DNA of 64,000 nucleotides, from NCBI GenBank assembly GCA_040437565.1, contig JBDOQK010000069.1:62001-126000 (forward strand), given 5' to 3'. This DNA comes from Albugo candida. Lineage: Eukaryota. The notes under the pieces were generated by a model. That model ran no database searches. It was not told the DNA's origin and saw only the letters and a list, made by a program, of their open reading frames with translations. Position numbers and translations under genes: made by a program. Shown here piece after piece: positions 1-13,400 of this stretch (its first letter is position 1; each line of letters begins with the position of its first letter).

Positions 1-2104
1 TCTTTTATACAAAGACGATAGATGTTTTCGATCATGACATGCGAGAGATCATCTGGCACAAAAAATAACTTTTGCAAAGATAACTCAATCTTCGGAGCGA
101 GGATATTTGAAATGTTCACTACAACTATTACAATATTCTCAAGTTGTCAGAGCAATCAGATTAGAAACGATTTCGGTGCTCAAAAGTGCCAACAACTTCG
201 AATCCGAAAAAATGGGGAAAATTTGGAAGACGAAAAGCAAGAAACAGTTTAAAGGAATTCACACGATAGTCGACCCGATGTTGAGTGTGACCAGCGTGTT
301 TTGCAATCACCAACAGCTCGATACCGCAAGCAAGACACCATGCAGTCATAACATTTTTTCGAACGATTCAGTAGTTCAGTCGAAAACAATGCCGAATACA
401 GCTACGATGAAAGCTTCCTTCATCACGGTAAGCATATGGAGAACTCTTCCAAGCATTTTTTTTCACCCTCCGGAGAGTATTGGCGTCGTGTGCCGATCAA
501 AAATGTCACCATAAAATGTGGCACTGTGTCATCGCATCGAACCCGAGAGAAATCATTGACGTTTTAGGAATCAATAGGGGGTGTCATGGGTCTCTCTGTA
601 GCTCCGAGCCCGAATCAGTCGATCCATGTGAAAAAAGATCAAATGTACTGGATCCGATTCAAGTTTCCTTCACGGCAGAAGAGCAAGACCGTCTCTGTAC
701 TCTCTTAAGTACGACCGATATTGCGGAAGCGATCGAGCGAAGTAGTTCCTCTCCAGGTATCGATGGACTGCCGGCTTCATTCTTTAGGCTTCATCCGGAC
801 CTGTTTTGCGCGTGTCTAGAGATCGTGTTCGAATACTTGCTGCGACAATAATGTCCCTCGGGAATCGCATTGTTGTACAAAAAAGATCACGAGGTCATCC
901 TGGCAACTATCGATTCATCCCATTTTTCTGCATCGATGTGAAAGTACTTACAAAAAGTTTGGCGCATAGATTGCAACGTTTTTTGCCGACATTGATCCAT
1001 CAAGACCCGAAATCACATGTGCTAGGAAGGTGGATGCATCAACATATTGGACATCTCACCGACACACAAGACTTGCTCACGCATCGTGTGGAAGATGCTT
1101 GTGCGACTTTTCTCGACTTCGGAAAAGCTTACGATCGAGTCAATTGAACGTACACGTTTCGCGTTGTGAAAAATGGGGTTGGGAATGTTTCATCGACTGG
1201 TTCGGCTTCTGTACAACAACACAAAGCCGCAGTTGATAATCAATGGCAATATCACACCACGCATTACCCACAACGTGGAGTTAACAAGGCAATTCCCTCT
1301 CAGCATTTTTTTCCTGATGACGATCGAATCTATGGGAAATCTACTTTGCCAACATGAAGCACATGGCGTTTTGAATCAATGGCACGACTGTCGGTAAAAC
1401 GTTTCTTCCAGAAACACCAAATGTTGTTTTGACGCGACTAGAACTTGTCCAAGCCTGCTGAGATGGATCAGGTACAAAACTTAACTTGAGCAAATCATCC
1501 TTGCTCACGTTCAATCGTACCATGCCGTTTCCTACTCTTTGAAATCTGACCATTATGGGTCCGGAGGGTTCGTTCAAGTATATGGGTATATGCTTCGACC
1601 AGAGACCGACTCATTCGATGGTCATCTCTACCATCGAAAAGCGATTCTATGCCACGTTTGGTGTATGTTTTTTTCCTGCGTAAACCGTCCGTGGTCGTCA
1701 GATAGTCTTCGACTAAGTGGAAGACTATTTGATATGAAAGTATATAGCAAGGACAGGAAGCATTTCTTCCCTCTATTCTACACAGAAGACTCAAACAAGA
1801 GTCGTCCAATGGTGGCACATTGGTCATCACGGGAGAGACGGGACGCACTGGATACAGAATGTGCTCGAAATCTACGGACTAAACCACGGCATCTCTCTAA
1901 ACGTGTCTTACCGATATTGTATCGACAGTTTTGTTAAGCAATTTGGATGTTGGCATTTTTCTCTCCTTTTTTTGGTTTTAGAAGGATATTCAGTTCGACA
2001 ATGTATTCTGTACTCAGCCTTCGTGTGACGCAGTGGAATCCGATCAACAACTCTTTCTCGAGTGTCACCGCAGAGAATTAATATGGTTGAAGCTACTCCC
2101 TACT
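1..2104 (+). mobile_element. Decayed non-LTR retrotransposon ORF2 (family A): reverse transcriptase and C-terminal Cys/His motif, frameshifted
   Basis: Fragments SPGIDGLPASFF, NYRFIPFFCIDVKVLTKSLAHRLQRFLPTLIH, FLDFGKAYDRVN and C-terminal CTQPSCDAVESDQQLFLEC; homologous to 54060-55063 (CTQPSCGAVESDQHLFLEC). Confidence 0.9.
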
Positions 2105-3575
2105 TGTTGTCGGAAGATGTCATGGACGTTTTTATTTCGGGAGTTTTATGCACCTTACATTGGAGCTGATCCGGCGCGGTGTTTTGTAACGACTTTTAAG
2201 AAAGATAGCGAGCATAAATATCACACTTTCACTTCTACATTTGGCTCTTATCACTCCGGTAACTTCTTCTCTACGCTCACGAATTCTAACAGGTTATGAG
2301 ACTAATGGATCAAGTTACACAAGATCATTATCAGCCGCCAGCCACAACCCATACCAACAATGACGGAGCCAGTAACACGTCCGGTGAGAGTGAGGGCATG
2401 GCAAGGCTGCCGGACTTGGTGATCGAGTTGAAAAGTAAGACCGGAACTCGTCTCCCAAAGGTCGAAGCTCGCAGATCCGAGGATAATCAAGCTTCGGCTG
2501 TGTCCGTCGGCAGCAGCACCTTTTGAGCTTATGCGGAGTCGCTCCCCGGACTTGGCCGACAAATGACGTTATCTTCGCTTGAAGACGAAGTCGTACCAAG
2601 TCCAGCGTGACACCACACCGTAGGACAGGTACATCAGCGTATGGATAGGGCAGACGATAGGCAAGACTCGCCTATCCAACCGCCGCGAGACACAGGGCAT
2701 AGACCGGTTCCAGCACCGACGTATTTTGCGGCGCAAAGACTACTGCAGATAAGAGACCTGAAACTTTCCATCGGGAGTTTTGATGGAAAGGAAGTTTACC
2801 CAGGTCTCGAGGCAGGTTTTTTGGCCCTGGGGAAGAGGTTCTTGCCGCAGATAAATATCTCCGTAAGCCTCAGGGGGTGCATTTGAACTGAATAGATCAA
2901 GATGGATTTCCTCGGTCGGCACTTAACTAGCAAAGCGGGATAGCATTATAATAGCCAAGTGGACAGCTGGTAAAATGAGAATCCTCAGTTGTGGTACTCA
3001 ATGGACAGATTAAATGCTAAATTTGGACGACGAATGACAAAAGTCGCAGGTTTTCAAGTTGTTTACGTCAAAGAAGAAAGAGAGCACTTCGAGGAATGAC
3101 CACTTGCTGTACCTGATGGCATTAAGTGATGCTGACGGGGATGCTGACGATCAAGTACTTGAAAGTATTGCCAAGTTTGCCATCCCATAAAGTGAATTCC
3201 AAGGTTTGCTACTGGCGAGGTTCAATCCTCAGCGAGACGACTACCTTCGCCAAGAGGAGAACTGGTTCTTTTAGCTCAGCTGAATGATCCAGGTCCGCGG
3301 TTGGGTAACAAGCCAGCTGTGGACACTATCAAAGCCACTTGATCTTGGGCAGTTTCAAACCGGCTGTTAGTGCCAGCAAAAGAAGCGTGGCACTTGCTTC
3401 AAGTGTAGCAAGAAAAAACATTACAAACGCGACTGAAAAAATGAAATCTCGAAAGATTTCGGACTAACTGTTGGGAAAGGTATTGATGCAACCTACCACT
3501 GGATACTGGACAGTGGGTCAAATCCTCAGCTGGTGACGACGCCGTCAATGCTTAACGATGCCGTTGTATAGGACG
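2105..3575 (+). mobile_element. Ty1/copia LTR retrotransposon remnant (putative 5' LTR ~2105-2291, PBS, gag, protease)
   Basis: TAACA followed by PBS-like GGTTATGAGAC at 2292; degenerate zinc knuckle TCFKCSKKKHYKRD ~3390-3435; protease motif WILDSGS ~3500; LTR start approximate. Confidence 0.75.
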
Positions 3576-3579
3576 GTGG

Positions 3580-3713
3580 CCGCTAGCACCCTTGGCTGCG
3601 TCGATATGTCGACTTGAACCATTGTTTTCGAGAGGAAAGAGTTGAAAAGTAGTTTTTCAAGTTGTTTTGTACAAAATTGGCGGGTTACGTAGTAGCTGGC
3701 TAACTGGGAAGTG
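3580..3713 (-). mobile_element. 5' terminus of a LINE-like element (probably family A), truncated
   Basis: Nucleotide similarity to 10373-10468 (CGCTAGCACCCT...TCGATATGTYGACTTGAA...GTTGTTTTGTA...GTTACGTAG); starts directly at the tRNA-like duplication 3714-3727. Confidence 0.6.
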
Positions 3714-3727
3714 GCGCGAGTAGCTCA
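3714..3727 (+). repeat. Target-site duplication GCGCGAGTAGCTCA (tRNA positions 1-14-like); second copy at 4036-4049
   Basis: Exact 14-bp direct repeat flanking the SINE; 7 nt + TA + GCTC + A matches tRNA acceptor-strand/D-stem register. Confidence 0.85.
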
Positions 3728-4035
3728 TTTAAGGGTGTTCGCCCGTAGTACTTTTATTTAGACATTTTTCTGTTACTACAGTTTGGTGGTTATCTACTCC
3801 ATTCTAATCACTAGTATGTCACGCTCTAAAGAGCCCGGTCCAACTCCTGTACAGTTATTTTCTGGTGTAGTTGCCAGCGGTCTTGACAAGTCCATATCTT
3901 CATTGATTAGGTTGATATTTACGTGGAGGAGTCTTTGCGTCCGCCGAGGGGCCCCATCGCAGCCCTTTTGCCACCGCCGGGATTCGAACCGGGGTACACA
4001 TGTCTACTACCCGCTAGGCCCCCCGACGTGGGGCT
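3728..4035 (-). mobile_element. tRNA-derived SINE, copy 1 (~308 bp, full length)
   Basis: Minus strand has A-box-like GGCCTAGCGG and perfect B-box GGTTCGAATCCC; unique body shared with copy 2; flanked by a 14-bp TSD. Confidence 0.8.
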
Positions 4036-4049
4036 GCGCGAGTAGCTCA

Positions 4050-4366
4050 GTTGAAGGTGTCTATATTACTAGAATTAGACTAACTGACTTCTTTAGTTGC
4101 CTAGGCTATCTTAAATAACATATATACATATAAAAACGTTTCGAAAATACCTGTGAGAGTTGATAATATGTCCCTCGTTGCTAGTTCTGCAGTGCGGTAG
4201 CGTTCACTACTACAGTACGAGAGTGTGTCCATCGTGTAACGGATAGATGTTGAAAGTTGTAAAGTTGTTAACTGGTAAGTTTGTAAAGTTGTATAATGTT
4301 CCAAAAGTACCTTGGTTTGCACATTGGTGTGCGCCACACTAGGGTGAGAAATCCAGCCAATGAGGA
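4050..4366 (-). mobile_element. 3' UTR/terminus of a family A LINE
   Basis: Highly similar to 54060-54340 (TTGAAGG.GTCTATATTACTAGA.TTAGACTAACTGACT...GCCTAGGCTATCTTAA), which is the 3' UTR of a family A ORF2. Confidence 0.85.
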
Positions 4367-4466
4367 NNNNNNNNNNNNNNNNNNNNNNNNNNNNNNNNNN
4401 NNNNNNNNNNNNNNNNNNNNNNNNNNNNNNNNNNNNNNNNNNNNNNNNNNNNNNNNNNNNNNNNNN

Positions 4467-4677
4467 GTCCAACTCCTGTACAGTAATTTTCTGGTGTAGT
4501 TGCCAGCGGTCTTGACACGTCCATATCTTCATAGAGTAGGTTGATATTTACGTGGAGGAATCTTTGCCTCCGCGGAGGGGCCCCATCGCAGCCCTTTTGC
4601 CACCGCCGGGATTCGAACCGGGGTACACACGGTCGAGACACATGTCTACTATCCGCTAGCCTCCCCGACGGGGCGCT
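4467..4677 (-). mobile_element. tRNA-derived SINE, copy 2 (3' part lost in gap)
   Basis: Homologous to ~3837-4035 with several substitutions; retains an anticodon-arm-like hairpin; B-box GGTTCGAATCCC; 5' end abuts tRNA-Ile position 1. Confidence 0.8.
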
Positions 4678-4750
4678 GGTCGTATAGCTCAGTCAGTAGA
4701 GCACAGTGCTAATAACGCTGCGGTCCAGAATTCGAGCCCCTGTATGACCA
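4678..4750 (+). tRNA. tRNA-Ile(AAT), possibly a pseudogene
   Basis: Acceptor GGTCGTA/TATGACC+A; D-arm GCTC-AGTCAGTA-GAGC; anticodon stem CAGTG/CGCTG with loop CT-AAT-AA; T-loop TTCGAGC, but T-stem CAGAA/CCCTG has two A-C mismatches and no T4 terminator follows. Confidence 0.85.
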
Positions 4751-7700
4751 AACTGTTTGCATACCTATCGCATTAGGGGTGTATGTGTTCATCTAGCATA
4801 GGTAGCGCTTGTAATAGATATGATATGGATTTCGGTCACAACTCACTGCGCGCTCCGATAACAATAAACGTTTGCATGCAGACATAATTAAACACTATCT
4901 TTCAATCGTAACGGATTAAACTGAAAGAACGCAAAGAACGTATCAAAAACATCTATCTCCTTTAGGCCACAAAGGTGTAACGATCATGCGATGAGTTATC
5001 TTCTACGTCATCTGAAAATAACTTTTTCAGGATTTTAACTCGGAAGTTTTGGTGGTGTGGATCTAAACTGTCACAATCTATGTTAAGAACGACTTCTCGT
5101 TAAAATCTGGTAGTAACAAGCTCAATGAAGGGTATTTGTAGGCGAGCGTTTTTCAGTCGATCTCGACAATGGAGCCATAGAAGAAACCATCCGATGTTCT
5201 ACCGGAAGAATAAAGCACAAACCAAGTTACAACACAGTACAGATCGATTATTCAAGCGTTATAGCTATTTGATCATTCATGCGTTACAAAGTCTCTGGGA
5301 ATCAACAGTGGGCAATGTTTGTCCTGTGGACTCGCAGAGTTCGGAACTCATCTATGGAAGGGCTCAGTCTTGAACCAAGATATCGAATTTTTGATACGCT
5401 CATCATAAAAAGAGCACGAAGCTTTACTCAAGATGTTACTCCCGGTAGCGCCCAGAAAATCAAGCACATGAAAGGAATGGATCTTTAAGGCAAAAAGGGG
5501 AAGAGTGGCGCTATCAGACGTCGAAGAGACCCTGTCTAAGAATCCTTCTGTAGATGCACGTGACTTTGTAGGTTCCGTGAGTCTAATGCGAAGCTTATAC
5601 TAGAGGACTTACGCGCGAAAATTGCGTCTCCAAAAGGGCAGAATAGAATAGTAGCTCTCGAAATTATTCGAGACGTCATAAGATTGGTGAATGAACTTGC
5701 GACATGGTAATTGTGACGATCTTGTAGAGATACTTAAGCTTCTAAGTCAAGAGTACGACATGAATATTGTGGCTAAGTCATTCGAAGAAACTATTTGATC
5801 GAAGATGGCGATATATTGTCCGATAAAAAGACTGTCATCCTCGAGAGACCTAGTAAACATATGATGCCATACAACATCTCGTGATAACTATATCANNNNN
5901 NNNNNNNNNNNNNNNNNNNNNNNNNNNNNNNNNNNNNNNNNNNNNNNNNNNNNNNNNNNNNNNNNNNNNNNNNNNNNNNNNNNNNNNNNNNNNNNGGACT
6001 TACGCGCGAAAATTGCGTCTCCAAAAGGGCAGAATAGAATAGTAGCTCTCGAAATTATTCGAGACGTCATAAGATTGGTGAATGAACTTGCGACATGGTA
6101 ATTGTGACGATCTTGTAGAGATACTTAAGCTTCTAAGTCAAGAGTACGACATGAATATTGTGGCTAAGTCATTCGAAGAAACTATTTGATCGAAGATGGC
6201 GATATATTGTCCGATAAAAAGACTGTCATCCTCGAGAGACCTAGTAAACATATGATGCCATACAACATCTCGTGATAACTATATCAGCAGATGTATGATA
6301 TACGCATTTGATTATCTCCAACGAAAGATAAGGCATCTCAAGCACGATTCCAGACCGTCTCGTTCATCGAAAGAAGTTTGATTAAAGTCTCGAATTGCTT
6401 TACGACCACTTACGTTGCCAATCGAGCCTGAGTAACAAATATAGCAATACGACATGTAAAGCCGACACTCTGCTCGACAGGTGAAGACATAGATCCAGCA
6501 CTTCGAATATCAAGCGGTAGAAGCTCTCCTATGGGTACGAAATCCGCTTATCTCCATTTCTAATCAAGGACACGATGGTATCAAGCAATAGAGCTAGTTC
6601 TCGATTCAAGTGAACATGCCTTGGAAGGATGCGATCAAATGTAAAATCAGCTCCAGAAGCAAGAGAATAAAAGCTTTGGAAGCATAAAAAAAGGTATAGA
6701 AGATAAACGCTGACAGAAATGAAAGCACCAGCGAGCAGTACAAATTGCTACCGGTCTCACTAAAATGCTCCTATTAGCGGAGCTGCCATTGACTCAAGCG
6801 AAAGATTCTGATGAATGTGAAAGAATCGTAAGTGATTTTGTACAAGATCAGTAGCCTAGATGTCCAAGCTAGAATCCGTTGTATTAAGGGGATCAACCGC
6901 AAACGTGTGATCGAGTAACTCAAAGTATTTGTAGGGTCACCGAAGTAGATCATTTGCGTCTCGGCGAAAGATTTACTTTATTTCGCAGAGCGTACCGGTG
7001 AATCTAAATACAGAATATTAATGTATTCAGAGAACGAATTCCAAGCGATTGACTTATTGGCATCAGATTTATGTCGTCATCGAAGCATCATCGTGTCAAT
7101 GGGGCTTCCTTCATCATTGTACGAAATAAGTGATCATAAATAATGTGTCCGAACCAGTCCGACGACTGATTATTGCATTCAGTGATGACACATATCCAGA
7201 ATAAGTCGTCAGTCGCATCCTTTACTATATAACTTTGACAAATTCACCCTGCTTTCATTGTATGTTCGTTAAAGCCATATCCATACTGATCAAGGATTTG
7301 TATGAAATTTATGTCCATGAGCTTCGTTCGAGTACATTAGGTCACGCGGGATGTAATCGTCGGATGCAAAAATTCAGAAAGCTCTGTCACTATAATGGGA
7401 ACAATGTACAGACGGGTATGCGCAGAAATTCTACCGAAACTGTGATTTGATAATTGAAACAAATATTGGAAATTTATGCCAAGAAGGAATGTAAAGAACG
7501 GATACGGGAGCGATGGATATCGTCGTGCAAAGCTCTCGTGATTCATATAAGGAAACCCAATGAGAGTGGGAATATCCTATGCTTCTCCGACCACATGGAG
7601 ACACTAAATACGAAAATAATGGATGTATTTGATCTTGAAGATTCCAGCAATCTGATCCCGAATAACTTTCGATTGATGTAAAATTTGAAGATGATAAAGT

Positions 7701-9559
7701 ATCGTGGAAAAAGAGACTCATGGGAATGGAACTGGCACAAAGTATTTGAAAGCAGAAAGATTGTGCGATGAGTTTACGAATACCTTGTATCAATTATGGG
7801 CACTGAAACTTCGATGGAGTGATTGGAAGGCCTATTTGAAGAGAATAGTCGCTCAAGTTGGTGGAATACAATCGACCTATACTAGTGAAATATCCATGGC
7901 TTTTAGGACCGATTCTTTGAATGGATGCTCTTATCACGTCGCACGATACTCAAGTGCTAGGTCAAAGATCAATCAATACCAATAATTTTATGTAAGAAAA
8001 TCTGTTACTTTTACTATCGCAGGAACTACTGAGTCAGGTTGGACGTGCGGATATTCTCGACCGGACAGCTGATAATATAAAAAGCTACGTGCATCAGCAC
8101 ATCAATGAATCTTACCGTACCCATAGTCCCAGAGATCAAAGATTTTCTTGTTCAATCACGATAAACACGAAAGAAAAGCTAAACAAATGATATTTGAAGG
8201 ACTTCAATCAGCTGGAGTGTTAGTCAGATGTATTGATATCTAACCAGCGATGACGCGCACTCCAACACCACTTTTTACCAAGTCTACGGGATCAGTTGCA
8301 GTAGAACGAGCCAGCAATGAATCTAGGAAGAAGAAGATTTCACGATGTAAGCAGCATCTCCTAGATGTAATAATGAGCAGAGCATTCAGCGTGAAGATGA
8401 GCTCACTTTGAAATGGAAACAATTCGCAACGATGAGTTACCATCGTGGACGTCGCTAAGCACTATTCGAAAAGGTTTATCACTTTGTATATCGCTATAAT
8501 GGTACGGTTCAGCACTCCCAAAGACTCGATGAAGGAGCCATATAAAGCTCAAGGTGGTCGAGAATTGCTCAATAAAGGATTCTCGCTTCTGGGGAGGTAG
8601 CGAGGCTCAAAAAGCAGCAATGTTGACGAACGCCAAATCTCTCGATGATTCTTCAAGCCGAAATCGCAGTCAGTGATGAACACGTCAACTGGCGATATTA
8701 TTGATTTCGCGAATGAGCGGAGCAATTGTTTACCTTATGTCTTAAAAAGGTATGACGGCATTCATTTCCGATCTCCTCGTATCTTTAAAACAGCAGCCTG
8801 ACGAGATCAGTTTTACCCTCGATATCATGTTCAAACGGAACACATGATGGGCCATAGGCAAAAATGCTCAAGCCTCTGGCTATAGTACTGAAAGTACTCG
8901 CATCGCTATCTACACTTTCGCAGTAGCAACAAACTTGTGTCGGAACAATAAAGCTAGGATCCTTATCCGTGATGCCAAACACCGTTTACGCCTTTTTTGC
9001 CGAGATCTTATTCGGAAGATACCTGATGTCCGCTTATGTGAGAAATACATGTCGTCTCTGTTGAAAAGAATCATGACGACAAATATATGACAAGCCAGTG
9101 TAAATGCAAAGATATGGCCGAAAAACTCTTGTCATTCTTCCGGGAATGGCACCCTGTTCGAGAAAAAGCTCCAATGGGATATAGACAATTCGTGACCGCG
9201 AAGGAGTACGACGTACATGAGTAAGCGCTTGTTGTTGCGTTTTACCGCACAGATGTCATTTTGAAACGGTTCTCTCGACTTGTTCAGGTTTCTACACAGC
9301 AAAGAAATCGATTCGAATCGTTCGAACATGAAACACTCTATGCCAAATGAATCACGATCATTCACCACATTCCAATTACTTTGATTGCAAAAATATGACT
9401 CAGCAAAAAAATACGGATACGGAAGCGACATTGAACTTGCTAAGTCGTTGGCACACGATGAAGAAAATGTTGTTATGTATTATCTCGATTGTGGCGCATT
9501 CTAGTGACTGGATTGGAAGCGATTCGATTAACTGCGATCGTGGTGAGCTTTCCGAAAAG

Positions 9560-10468
9560 TATGATAGTTCGCTTCGGCTGATAGAAAGGAAGGTGAAGTG
9601 GGTGAAGTTGTCGTCTGGAGTTTGAAGAATTGAGTCCGAAGTTGTACCAGGTGACATGCGTTGAAGGCTATTTAGTTTCAAGAGTATCAAACTTCCGAAA
9701 AAAATACTTTTCCCCCAGGATAGTCACCGGCTGACACTCCAACTGCTGACAGGCATCCGTCGTGGTGACCATGACCCTGATGTTTCCCCAAGGCATTTTG
9801 CACACCTGAGCGATTGATCGGCTTTCCAGTAGGCTTCCAAAAACCGGTTTGCCGTGGTTGCGTTTTTAGGAGAACAAAAAATTTCTCATTTGGTGCACGG
9901 GTCAAGGACTGACCCGTCTCTCTGCAAGACCATGGTGGAGGTGGCTTTCCGGATTTGGAAAGGTCTTGCTGCTTCCAATGTTTCAGCCGAGACCGAACAC
10001 TCTGGATACTCTATTTGAATCTCCTGATATCCTCGATATCCAAGGAGTTCGGCTTAGCGCGCTCCACGCGGTATCTCGCCGGAGCTCGAGTCCGCTCCTT
10101 ACGTAAGGACTCCTGTGACTTGATAAGGTCCGCCAAAGTGGGACTTTTGGTGTCATACACACTTGCTGTTGCCTTTGGGTCAACCTGTGACGAGGCAATG
10201 ACAGTACCACCGGTACCACATTCTAGATCGGTAGTACCGGTTTTACCCTGAACCGTCACTCCGTAGGTGAGGGTACTTTCCACGTCATCACACAGAGGTG
10301 ATGACTCATCAACAATCATGGAATCAATCAAAACAGGGTAACTCCTGAGGTTTGCCACATCACTACAAGTAAACGCTAGCACCCTGCGTTGTGTCGATAT
10401 GTTGACTTGAAAGACTTGAAACATGTTGTTTTTCGAGTTGTTTTGTATCAATTCGGCGAGTTACGTAG
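9560..10468 (-). mobile_element. Putative 5' end/ORF1 remnant of the LINE seen at 3580-3713
   Basis: 146-aa ORF 10011-10451 plus downstream fragments; 10373-10468 homologous to ~3590-3692; left boundary uncertain. Confidence 0.45.
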
Positions 10469-13400
10469 AAACGCTTGGTTGTGAATGTTTGTCGGAGGTA
10501 TATGAAGACATGGCGTTCGTGTTCATCCAAGAAACAACAGGGTTTGCCGTCGCGTCGTAATGAGGAAGCACGGCGATTGAGACTGTCCCGTAGATGAATT
10601 TGAACGTCGTAGTCTATCAGGAGTAAAACCGGACAACGCCAAGGGGCATGAGAAGGTGAAAGGTAAGAACGCGGAAGGATAGAGAACAATGATTTTCGTG
10701 ATGGTATGAAGCCGGTGGAACACAAGTAATATCTCGTAGATGAGAGTCGTAAAAGGGTGCGGGGAATGAACGTGAAATCCAGGCGATGACGTTGGCCTGG
10801 GCCAGAAAAAAGATGTCCGCTGAGGTGACAAACCTGCTAGCGGTCAGCGAGGTGGATGCATTGGAGCCAATGCAGATCTTGCGGTCGACCAGGGGCAAGC
10901 TGATGATCCTTCGAGTTTGCTTGATCGAGTAACAGGTTTATGGGAAGGTTGAAATCTCCGCATACCATGTGGACGATATCACTTGAGGATTGAGTCGGTA
11001 TTGCGGAGAAGAAGAAGACGAAGGTCTGGGGTGGGTTTTAGGACGTAAACACCGAGTAGGTGATATCGTTGGTCGTTGAGGATGCCGAAAGAGCTATTAA
11101 GCTTTTTTGGTTGAGTGGAACGTTCGAAGCTTCAAGTGATGTCTTGTACTCCCGGGAAAGTATGATTGGAGCCGAAAATGACATAAAACCCATAATGGCC
11201 TATGTGGGTAGGAAATGGAGAGTCGGACCAAAAGGCCTGCGTTTTAGAATCATGTCGTTGGAGATAATAAGTTGCTGAATTATGGCGCTCCAATGAAGGG
11301 CAGCGGGTTTCTTGAAGGAACACGACTTGATGGTGTTGGTGAGATTTGGAATACAAAGAGGGTACTGGCGCATTGGGTTCTTTAATATTGAGAATGGCGT
11401 CTTTGGCCAGCCAAGGTGCGGTATTAGACGCAACTGGAAGGTAGGAGTGTCAATGCTGGGGGATGAGTCATGGTTGAGGGCTTCTAATGTAGACAAGGCG
11501 AGCTTGGTTGAGGGTAACGTGGTGGGTTACATAAGCAATGTCGTACCCATTGAAAAGAGTGCAAGCAGAATGAGACATTTGTTGGTGAGAAGGAGAACCA
11601 GTGTACCGGGAAAGTAAGATGTCGATGAGGTAATAAGATGTTGTATCTCCAATGGATCAAAGTGGACATTTAGTGCTGAAATGAGTAAAAATAGGTCCTA
11701 AGCGGCAAGGAAGCGGATGTGCATCGTTGCATGAACTTCACTGTCTTGGGGTTGGATCAGGAGATTTGAATATGTCGAACTGGAGCGAAAGCTAACAAAG
11801 GCATGAAGTACTGAAGAAAACGTGCAGCCGTAAGCACGGTGCAGTAAGTGAGAACGGGTCCAAGGTTCTGTAAAAGGGGATTCTAGCGTTGCATAGAAAA
11901 CGGTCATGAAAATGGTGCTGGATGAACTGAAATATGTAGGAGCTTTGTTTAGGGATTGTGTTCGAACTCGCTAAGTAACTCATCATCAATGAACTCAAAA
12001 CAAATTGCCCGACACATCGAGTTAACATCGAAGCGGATAGAAGAATATCGGATAGCAGGAAATGTACCAGATTTTGATGACGTAATACGCCCGGGACATT
12101 GGAGGCGAGAAGAATCACTTTCCTGCATAACAAAATCTAACAGAGATATGGCCAAGTCGAACATGACATAGGTATCTCAGGATCGCAATGATCGATCCAA
12201 AGAGGCTCGTAGATAGCGGATGCGGTGGGGAAGACAGAAGTCATATGTTTATCCACAATATTCACATGTGTTTAGGTATGTGTGTGATGGGGCCATGAAG
12301 GCGATCTGTAGCAACGTAGGACGCTCGATTGACAAGGTGGAAGGGAACGACAATCACCTTAAGCATATGCGGCGATGCTTCATCATCGATGAAGGATACG
12401 TTGGAAAGGGTTTCGTCTCCACCCAAAATGAAGATTAATTCATCCGGGGGCACTAAAAGGGCTTGAGGCATCGGTATGTCCGGGGTGACAGAGTGTATAG
12501 TATATAGTGAACGTATAGTATCGAGACTCCATGGGATGCTAAATGTTATCGGCTGAGAAGGAGGAGGTTCGGCAGTTTAGAAACGGGGCGGAAGAGAGGA
12601 GATACGATTTTGTTGTCCTTGCTTATACGATGAGTCACCGCCATGGGCGAAGAAGTGGTGAGAGGTCGAGCGGGTCCAGGAAGGAGATCTCGCGAAGTAG
12701 GAAACTATTTGGGAGAACGCAATACGGGATTTTTTTCGAATTGAAATGAACAGTCTGCTGATTTGACAGAATTCCGCTATTGGTTGGCGGGTAAATACCA
12801 GGAGGGAGTCAACCACGATGCTCAAACTAATCATAAATTTCGGTGTCGGTGACGCGGTTCGGTACGCGTATCAAGTCGTCCTATTGACGAGAAGCAAAGG
12901 AAGAGAAACGAGAAATACGTGCTGCAGTTCTGAAAATTGATGATTCAAGGCAGGATAAATCTGAAGCCACCTTGCGTAGACAAATACCCATGTCGGAAAT
13001 GAGACGGAAGTCACGGAAAAATAGATTGTTCTTTGCATCTTGCCATGCGAGGGGTTGAAAGTCGTTGCCGAGTTCATGAAGGATCTAGAAGAGATTCTTG
13101 GAGCGAGATTGGCACCACACGAAAAGCCTGGGTCGATTCCAAGGTGGATACACAGGAGGTTTGGTGGTCGAACCGTGGATAAGAATTGGCGTAAAAGGTT
13201 AGGAGTGAGATTGACAAGGTGGACAGAGTTGCAGATCCATGAGTCAAAGGCGCCTGAGAGATGTCGCGGAACGGTAGAAAATACTGTCGAGAGGGAGCAA
13301 GAAAGGTCGATAAACCGTATGTTTTTTTTAATAGGGCGGTAATTGCTTTGCCAGGTCGGAGCAAATGGGGTGCGAGACGATCGGTAAAAATAGCTGAATT

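Noticed and set aside
3987-4035. SINE heads as functional tRNA genes (also 4598-4677)
   Set aside because: No clean 7-bp acceptor stem in tRNA register, anticodon arm deleted in copy 1, and both continue into a shared non-tRNA body
5605-6285. ~290-bp direct repeat either side of gap 5896-5995
   Set aside because: Identical sequence flanking a 100-N gap; unmerged contig overlap
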